Source: a virus (taxonomy: Duplodnaviria; Caudoviricetes). Taken from it: a stretch of DNA of 28,852 nt. Shown in pieces: positions 23,156 through 28,852 of the stretch (positions are counted from its first letter, which is position 1; each line of letters starts with the position of its first letter). Both the position numbers and the translations under genes were made by a program. The notes beneath the pieces are model-generated. The model was not told the origin of the DNA. It searched no databases and was given only the letters and a program-made list of their open reading frames with translations. The DNA lies in the IMG/VR virus record IMGVR_UViG_3300005326_000106, positions 1-28,852 of that record, one strand, 5' to 3'.

Positions 23156-25448
23156 GTTTGTTGAGGCGTTCGGTTAATGATTCAATTTGTTTCTGTTGCT
23201 CTTTGTTTTGCTCCCACTCAAGCGTTGTGATTTTTTCATAGTTCAAACCCTTGATTCCGTTATCCTCGAAGGTCAACCCCTTCACTCCATAGGGTTCAAA
23301 CATCTGCGCGGTAAAGCCTAAATCGGTGTAATCGCCTTTCTTTTCGTCTTTCCATTGAAAGTTTACCGCCTGAATCTTCGGGTCGCTCAACATCTTCATC
23401 GCAACATCGGAACCAATTGGGGTGATATTCTTTTTCAGTCGTTCATCGCTGGCAGGTGCGCTAAGCAACCCATTGGCGTCCGCAACAACGGTACGCGAAC
23501 CAGAACCCGCAAGATTAGCGATAGTCACGGTTCCCGCCGCAGCAATCCTCATCCGTTCAGTATTGTTGGAAGCGAATAATACCGGACCGTTCTGATAGTT
23601 CCAGAACTGCAGCGAAGAATCTGAAGAAGAATAAGCGAATTGCGCTCCATAAGTTGCGCCCGTATAAAAATCAACCGTCGAATAACTGGACGTATTCGCA
23701 GTCACCCGTAAAGAACCGACTCCGGCACTATTTTGGACTTCGAGAATCGCCGCGGGCGCGGTTGTCCCGATACCAACCTTGCCGTGATGGTCAATTCTCA
23801 TCACTTCTGTCGCCACACCAGATATTGCAGTGGAAAACTGTAATCCAGTTTCATTAACAGATGAAGAAAATGTATTCTCCGCAATGGCAGCGATTGACGC
23901 ACCGGTTAAATTGGCGTCCGATCCTGAAGCGTCAAGCGCGGATCTGAAGTTAATCCGGCCAAGGATGTCATTGGCGACAGTGGAAGTTTCTTTGGAAGAT
24001 AAAGTGAGAACCGCGCCGGTGGTCGTCAGTCCGTTCTGAATCTCTACAATCGTGAAAGGAGCGGTTACGCCAATACCGACATTTCCGACAAAAGAACTGT
24101 CATTCGCGCCACTGACGGTGAGTACGCCATTGATCGTATTGTTCCCAGAAAAAGTGGCGTGATCGGCAAAGTACAACGCGTCCGCGTTGTCATTTTCGTT
24201 GTTTTGGAAAGTCAAACGATTGTTCGTAACGTCGTAATATGTCTTGGATCTGGTCGTTCCGCCTTCTTGGAAGTCAAATTCGGGATTGCCGCTGGCCGCA
24301 TCGATGTAGAACAGCTTGCCCATATGGATATAACCGTTCACATCGAGTGCCTGGGCCGGGCTGGTTGTTCCAATCCCCACCCTTCCGGCAGAAGTATCAA
24401 CCACCAAATCATCAGTATTCACAACAAAATCTCCGGTAGTCGCAAGGGTAATCGTCGCCCCCGAACCGCTGGCGGGTTGCAAAGTCAAAGCCCCGGAAGC
24501 GGTGATAATCTTGGGCGTGGTAATGTCGGTGGTGAATACCGGGCTGGTAGCAGTCGGTCCAGTTCCCAGAGCCACTGTACCCCCCGCAAATGTTAGGGTG
24601 TCAGCCGAATGAGTTAGCGTCATGTCCGCAGTTGACGGCGCAGTTGACCAAGTAATTACCGAACCGTTCCCCAAAAATAAATCTGACCACCCGATTGCGG
24701 CGGTTCCTAATGAATCGGTGTTGTCGGTATCGCTTGCAAGTGTTGTATTAATCGCCACAGTGCCAAGATTGGAAAGAGTATTCGTCGCCCCACCGATGTC
24801 AGAAAGCAACTCCGAGTAAGAACGCCCCTCTAAACCTGTTGTGGTGAATTTAGCGTAATCATTATCCGCCACATCCGCGGCGTTGATTTGGACTTTGTTG
24901 GTGTCGGCGATTCCAAAAGTCAACGCGGTTTGAAAATATGAAGTATCGTGACTATCCAGCAAATCAGAATCCGCGGCCTTGCCATTAGCGGCCAAATACG
25001 CAGTCGAAGCCGTAAAAGCCGCTGTACCCAATGCGCTGTCACTCCACGCTACATCAGTTGCGGTGGCTTGTAATACCTTGCCTGTAGGTGAAGCGGGAAA
25101 AGCTAGTCTAGACCACTTCGGGGTTGAATTACCAACCATCACATCGCCTCTGGCCACAGTATCGGCCAAAGTATCACCGTGGGTCGTGGATAAGAGGTTG
25201 TGGGCGGAGCTGGTATTGCAATCAGCCGCGGAGGCCGCAAACTTGCCATTCGCGTCAATGTAGGCGCAACGATTGCCGACACCGGCAAGTGAAGGTATCT
25301 CCAAACCCCAACCGCTTGAAACTGGTTTAAGATAACCGCTGACGGGGTACCACAATTCGCCCGCGGCTTTGGCAGTCGAAGCAATAAAAATTATTAACAA
25401 AACTGCCAATATAATATTTTTAAAAAAATTATTCATTTTAGTTTTCAT
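23133..25448 (-). CDS. Tail fibre-like protein with C-terminal peptidase S74 intramolecular chaperone and N-terminal signal peptide
   Basis: VGIG repeats (VGIGTTSP, VGIGVTAP, VGIGTTAP) and ERMRI; SDERLKKNI...GFTAQ...LNYEKI plus a coiled coil; N-terminus KNIILAVLLIIFIASTAKA. Confidence 0.85.
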   Translation of the reverse strand: MKTKMNNFFKNIILAVLLIIFIASTAKAAGELWYPVSGYLKPVSSGWGLEIPSLAGVGNRCAYIDANGKFAASAADCNTSSAHNLLSTTHGDTLADTVARGDVMVGNSTPKWSRLAFPASPTGKVLQATATDVAWSDSALGTAAFTASTAYLAANGKAADSDLLDSHDTSYFQTALTFGIADTNKVQINAADVADNDYAKFTTTGLEGRSYSELLSDIGGATNTLSNLGTVAINTTLASDTDNTDSLGTAAIGWSDLFLGNGSVITWSTAPSTADMTLTHSADTLTFAGGTVALGTGPTATSPVFTTDITTPKIITASGALTLQPASGSGATITLATTGDFVVNTDDLVVDTSAGRVGIGTTSPAQALDVNGYIHMGKLFYIDAASGNPEFDFQEGGTTRSKTYYDVTNNRLTFQNNENDNADALYFADHATFSGNNTINGVLTVSGANDSSFVGNVGIGVTAPFTIVEIQNGLTTTGAVLTLSSKETSTVANDILGRINFRSALDASGSDANLTGASIAAIAENTFSSSVNETGLQFSTAISGVATEVMRIDHHGKVGIGTTAPAAILEVQNSAGVGSLRVTANTSSYSTVDFYTGATYGAQFAYSSSDSSLQFWNYQNGPVLFASNNTERMRIAAAGTVTIANLAGSGSRTVVADANGLLSAPASDERLKKNITPIGSDVAMKMLSDPKIQAVNFQWKDEKKGDYTDLGFTAQMFEPYGVKGLTFEDNGIKGLNYEKITTLEWEQNKEQQKQIESLTERLNKLEAVCNK

Positions 25449-25866
25449 AATAAAAACTTACGCCTTCAAGATTGACCATGCTGTCTAAATAAAGAAGATT
25501 AAGATTTGAAACATTGAACCATTCGAATTGAGTCGGAAAAAGCGGCGCTCCCGCCCTTGTTGCCAACGCCGCAACCACGGTTGACCCGCCGACAACCACC
25601 ACGCCAGTATTGCTTTCCAGCGCGGTAATCCTCACCCGTTTGCAAGGCACGCTGGTTGCCGATAATTGCACCCTAGTCCCCGCGGTTGTTACGGCTTTTA
25701 TTCCATTCCCGACCGCGGTATATCCTTGAATCTCGGCAATCGCGTCCGTTTTACTGCGTTTTGTAATATCATCGAGCCGAAATCCCATTGTTTCTTCACC
25801 AATAGCAGTAATTCCAAGCGACGCTTTGCGATTATTATTATCTTTTTTGGCGGTTTCACTGGCCAT
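25438..25866 (-). CDS. Hypothetical virion protein
   Basis: Small beta-rich ORF in the structural operon. Confidence 0.6.
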   Translation of the reverse strand: MASETAKKDNNNRKASLGITAIGEETMGFRLDDITKRSKTDAIAEIQGYTAVGNGIKAVTTAGTRVQLSATSVPCKRVRITALESNTGVVVVGGSTVVAALATRAGAPLFPTQFEWFNVSNLNLLYLDSMVNLEGVSFYYEN

Positions 25867-25867
25867 T

Positions 25868-26344
25868 TTATTGGTTTAATTTAATCAAAATGCGTTTTAA
25901 CGATTGTTCTTTTTCCGAAACTTGGGATTCGCGCACGCTTAATTCCAAACTCATTTCCTTTTGCGCTTTTTCTTTTTCGGCAATATCCGCTTCGCGCTTG
26001 GCCAATTCCTCAACTTTCCCTTTTTCTCCCAGGTAAATATCCGCCATTTTGTCGGTTTTCACTTTCAATTCCGCGCAATTGTCCTGCAATTTCTTTTCCG
26101 CGTCTTTAAAGCGCAAAATTTCCGCGGTCAGAACATCAATTTCCTGTTTTTTGGCGAGTAACTGCGTTTCGAGCTGTTTGACCTCCTCCTGTTTTTGGAT
26201 TTTGGTTTTGTCCAATTCGCCGATCGCCAATTTCCACATTTCGTCAAATTTCGTTTGCAATTTTGCAAACGTGTCCTGACCCAATTTATCGATGTCTTTT
26301 TTGAACTCTTCGTAAAATTGGTTAAACATTTTTAATAATTTCAT
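25868..26344 (-). CDS. Coiled-coil hypothetical protein
   Basis: K/E/Q-rich heptads. Confidence 0.7.
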   Translation of the reverse strand: MKLLKMFNQFYEEFKKDIDKLGQDTFAKLQTKFDEMWKLAIGELDKTKIQKQEEVKQLETQLLAKKQEIDVLTAEILRFKDAEKKLQDNCAELKVKTDKMADIYLGEKGKVEELAKREADIAEKEKAQKEMSLELSVRESQVSEKEQSLKRILIKLNQ

Positions 26345-26678
26345 TTACCGCGTCGATACGCGTTAACGATTCCTTTTCTTTGCGTTTAATCCAAAATTCA
26401 AACTCTTCTTCGTGCCGCGCGATCTGATCTTTAAACGACAAATGATTAAACCTGTCCGCGGTTTGGATTTCTTTTCCCAAAAAATCGTCGCGATCGGTGA
26501 AATTATATTCTTTGTTGCGCCTGCTTTCCTCAAAAAGCTGTTGCGCCAAATGCAAACTCACCTCGCTTGGAAGATTCCGCGTTTTTCCGGGTTCCAAAAT
26601 AATATCCACGCCGTTATATCGGCCGGTGAAAGCGCGCTCCAGTTTATTTGTGATTGGGGTTGTGTTCCAAATAAGCAT
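26322..26678 (-). CDS. Hypothetical protein, probable paralogue of 26992-27513
   Basis: FTGRYNGVDIILEPGKTRNLPSEVSLHLAQQL aligns with FTHSFRGVSITVFAGESYPCRFPEADHLATHL. Confidence 0.65.
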   Translation of the reverse strand: MLIWNTTPITNKLERAFTGRYNGVDIILEPGKTRNLPSEVSLHLAQQLFEESRRNKEYNFTDRDDFLGKEIQTADRFNHLSFKDQIARHEEEFEFWIKRKEKESLTRIDAVNEIIKNV

Positions 26679-26682
26679 AGAT

Positions 26683-26985
26683 TTAGGCAGTTACGCCGCA
26701 CATATTAACCTTGCATACACTTGTTCCGTCAATGGCGATTGTCACCGCCGCGCCCACAGCGCCTTTAAACGGTGTTTTAAATTGATAGCCAAAATTACCC
26801 GCACCAACTTGAAATCCGATAGTTGTTGTGCCGTCGGTCAGGGTGCAAACCGATCCCGCCTTATCGCTGGAAACGATAATATCGGTCACATAATGAGATT
26901 TTCCCTCGGTTGCGGCCGCCGCGATTGTGGCCGCGGTCGCGTGGGTATGAACTAGATTAAAAATTGCTCCATTCGTTGGTAACAT
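26683..26985 (-). CDS. Small hypothetical virion protein
   Basis: 100 aa, A/T/G/V-rich beta-sandwich-like sequence. Confidence 0.6.
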   Translation of the reverse strand: MLPTNGAIFNLVHTHATAATIAAAATEGKSHYVTDIIVSSDKAGSVCTLTDGTTTIGFQVGAGNFGYQFKTPFKGAVGAAVTIAIDGTSVCKVNMCGVTA

Positions 26986-26991
26986 AGTTTT

Positions 26992-27513
26992 TTACGCGCC
27001 AGTTTCTTCCAGCGCCATTAATTGTTGCAATAATTCTTCTTTGGTTTTTGTAACGTCAACTTTTGCGCCGCGCTCCTTCAAAGAAGCGATAACGTCCTGT
27101 TTAGTAACTTGCACGGGTGCCGCCGGCGCAATTGTTTTTGCCGTGCCCGCGTATTTGGTTTTTAAAGTTTCAAGGTCTTTCACTCGCTCTTGCTCGGGGG
27201 TCATTCTGTTGTTGCTCTCATTGGCAATCTCGGTGATTATCTGCTCTTTCATTTTTTCGATTTCGGGTTGTGTCCAAAGCAATATTCCGCCGCGCTCGCT
27301 GATTTTCATTGATTTTCTTTGCCGCGCCAGTATTTTTCTGGCCAAATGGGTTGCCAAATGATCCGCTTCCGGGAACCGGCAAGGGTAACTTTCACCGGCA
27401 AAAACCGTGATCGAAACTCCCCGAAACGAATGCGTAAACGATTCATTGTCGATATTCGTAAAACGCACTATCCGGCGCTCTTGCGCTTCCGCGATCTGTT
27501 CTGGTGTCTGCAT
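26992..27513 (-). CDS. Hypothetical protein with C-terminal HeH/LEM-like motif
   Basis: Start reassigned to ATG 27513 (MQTPEQ). TKQDVIASLKERGAKVDVTKTKEELLQQL is HeH/LEM-like. Confidence 0.65.
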   Translation of the reverse strand: MQTPEQIAEAQERRIVRFTNIDNESFTHSFRGVSITVFAGESYPCRFPEADHLATHLARKILARQRKSMKISERGGILLWTQPEIEKMKEQIITEIANESNNRMTPEQERVKDLETLKTKYAGTAKTIAPAAPVQVTKQDVIASLKERGAKVDVTKTKEELLQQLMALEETGA

Positions 27514-27566
27514 ATTATTTGATAGCTTCCCGTTAATGGGTCGCCAGTTATAAATAGAGGTTGACG

Positions 27567-27611
27567 CCCTCCGGCAAGCCCCCTGCCACAAGCAAGGAGC
27601 TTTGCGGAAGA
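27567..27611 (-). other. Long GC-rich intergenic hairpin without U-tail (processing or attenuation site?)
   Basis: UCUUCCGCAAAGCUCCUUGC-UUGUG-GCAGGGGGCUUGCCGGAGGG directly after the stop codon. Confidence 0.5.
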
Positions 27612-27617
27612 TTCAAC

Positions 27618-28316
27618 TTAGAGAATATTGATGTCCGCCAAGCACGCTTCATCGCCCGTGCTGGCCGCCACCAAAACCCGCCCGACATAGTTTTCGTCCA
27701 TCGGGCCTTTCGCGGTCGTGCCGGTGATACCATAACCCTCGGTATCATCACCGGTCGTGATCGAATAATTGATCGTGATCGCGCTGCCGCCACACATAAC
27801 GCCACCGATGCCGCGCTTCAAGAAATAACCGTAATCGCCGGAAGCGAACGCCACCTGCGCCACGCCCTGAACCGGAGTAATTTCGGTTGTTACCGGCGCT
27901 TTTTCGGCATCGGGTTGATGCACGATCGCGAATCCGGAATCAGCCACCGCCAAACCGGTCGTCAGGGCGTACTGCTCGTAAAGTTCCAAGGTGTCGGCAG
28001 TATTGCCTTTCACTTTCGCGATCTGGCCCACACCGGTCCCAGTGTTGATGTCGATCCAATGGTCACAATAGGCATTCACTGTCCAACCCGCGGACGCTTC
28101 GGTCACATACACTTTCTGGCTCCGGCCATTACTCGAAGACGAAACCGTGGTCACGGTTGTGTTTGCGGGCCGGGTAGCAATCATGTACGCGCTGATCGCT
28201 TCGGTCGCATACAAATATTCCCAAATCCGGCCATCCGGAGTTTGGACTTGCTCGTTCATCGACCCCATTTTTACGGTCGGGGTGTCAAAAACCGATTGAA
28301 AATTTATTTGTTTCAT
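27618..28316 (-). CDS. Probable capsid decoration/cement protein
   Basis: Start reassigned to ATG 28316 (MKQINFQ). TPDGRIWEY, GVAQVAFASGDYGYF and VGRVL patterns; head-region position. Confidence 0.6.
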   Translation of the reverse strand: MKQINFQSVFDTPTVKMGSMNEQVQTPDGRIWEYLYATEAISAYMIATRPANTTVTTVSSSSNGRSQKVYVTEASAGWTVNAYCDHWIDINTGTGVGQIAKVKGNTADTLELYEQYALTTGLAVADSGFAIVHQPDAEKAPVTTEITPVQGVAQVAFASGDYGYFLKRGIGGVMCGGSAITINYSITTGDDTEGYGITGTTAKGPMDENYVGRVLVAASTGDEACLADINIL

Positions 28317-28342
28317 TTTTTTTGTTATTATTCGCCGTTTTC

Positions 28343-28835
28343 GCCTTGCCCGACCTTTCACCCGCATCGCGCTCGCTCGCGCATCGGGAAATTCAGCGTC
28401 AGCGTTAAGGGCTTATCTCTGCGCCCGGAACTTTGAAACTCTATCGCAAACAGACAAAAACTCTTTACTCGTTGCCGATCCCTTAATTTTATTGCAAGAC
28501 CAGCAACACGAAACAGAATTTTCAAAAGTATAACCTATGCGGTTATTTTTTCTGTCTATCCCGATATTTTCAGACTCACCACAGTAATAGCAGGTTCCAT
28601 TAATCAACAATTTAAATTGTTCGTAAGTCAATGAAAATTCTCTATTTTTGCATCTTGATCGATATTTATATTTATCGAATTTTCTTTTCGGTGTTTTATT
28701 ATACTTCCGAAAATATTGAAGATGCTTTTCTCTGTTGGAATCTCGCCATTTTTTATTTGCTTGATTATGGCGTTTCTTTTGTTCTTCGTTCATAGGCGCA
28801 GGGTAAACTCTCAAAACTATTAAATTGTTCAAGGC
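28343..28835 (-). ncRNA. Candidate structured RNA enclosing the HNH-like ORF
   Basis: Long-range pairings 28814-28795 with 28425-28405 and GCCUUG (28835-28830) with CAAGGC (28348-28343), plus a GC-rich 3' stem-loop. Confidence 0.45.
28413..28793 (-). CDS. HNH-like (His-Me finger) endonuclease
   Basis: CYYCG...GIDRKNNRIGYTFENSVSCCWSCNKIKG with a basic N-terminal helix. Start reassigned to ATG 28793. Confidence 0.85.
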   Translation of the reverse strand: MNEEQKKRHNQANKKWRDSNREKHLQYFRKYNKTPKRKFDKYKYRSRCKNREFSLTYEQFKLLINGTCYYCGESENIGIDRKNNRIGYTFENSVSCCWSCNKIKGSATSKEFLSVCDRVSKFRAQR

Positions 28836-28852
28836 TATGCTGCCGGAGCAAC

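Larger units (their letters stand above)
1..28852. mobile_element. Temperate podovirus-like phage segment, possibly infecting Patescibacteria (CPR)
   Basis: Head-tail-lysis-integrase-recombination/replication gene order, with no tape measure or tail tube and no host housekeeping genes. Host assignment is inferential. Confidence 0.9.

Noticed and set aside
27561-28436. 291-aa plus-strand ORF and the many other plus-strand ORFs in the track
   Set aside because: They are antisense shadows of well-supported minus-strand genes and show no recognisable motifs.
28343-28852. Group I intron around the HNH ORF
   Set aside because: No recognisable P7 (R/S) core elements, and the element appears intergenic, following a TAG at 28837-28835.
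1-28852. Alternative genetic code (stop-codon reassignment)
   Set aside because: Genes tile densely and are intact under the standard bacterial code, with TAA, TAG and TGA all used as plausible stops.

Overview
The window is a continuous segment of a temperate, podovirus-like dsDNA phage genome, with almost all genes on the minus strand. Read in transcription order (right to left) it contains: an HNH-like endonuclease inside a structured intergenic RNA; head-accessory genes; a tail fibre with an S74 chaperone domain; P22/T7-like adaptor, nozzle and ejection proteins; a plus-strand moron; a holin; a tyrosine integrase; and a long early operon. The early operon encodes a RecT-like annealase, a PD-(D/E)XK nuclease fused to an FtsK motor, an initiator with internal iterons, an HNH nuclease, a HerA-like ATPase with tandem winged helices, a beta-clamp-like protein, a papain-fold peptidase with an SH3b domain, an Acb2/Tad1-like protein, a SEC-C peptide and a GroES. 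A/T-rich starts without Shine-Dalgarno motifs and some protein motifs hint at a Patescibacteria (CPR) host, which is an inference. The most notable unexplained signal is that at least three separate promoters are each followed by a leader RNA whose 5' segment is complementary to the loop of a downstream terminator-like hairpin, in a phage segment with no visible repressor. All protein assignments come from motif recognition by eye, with no database searches.
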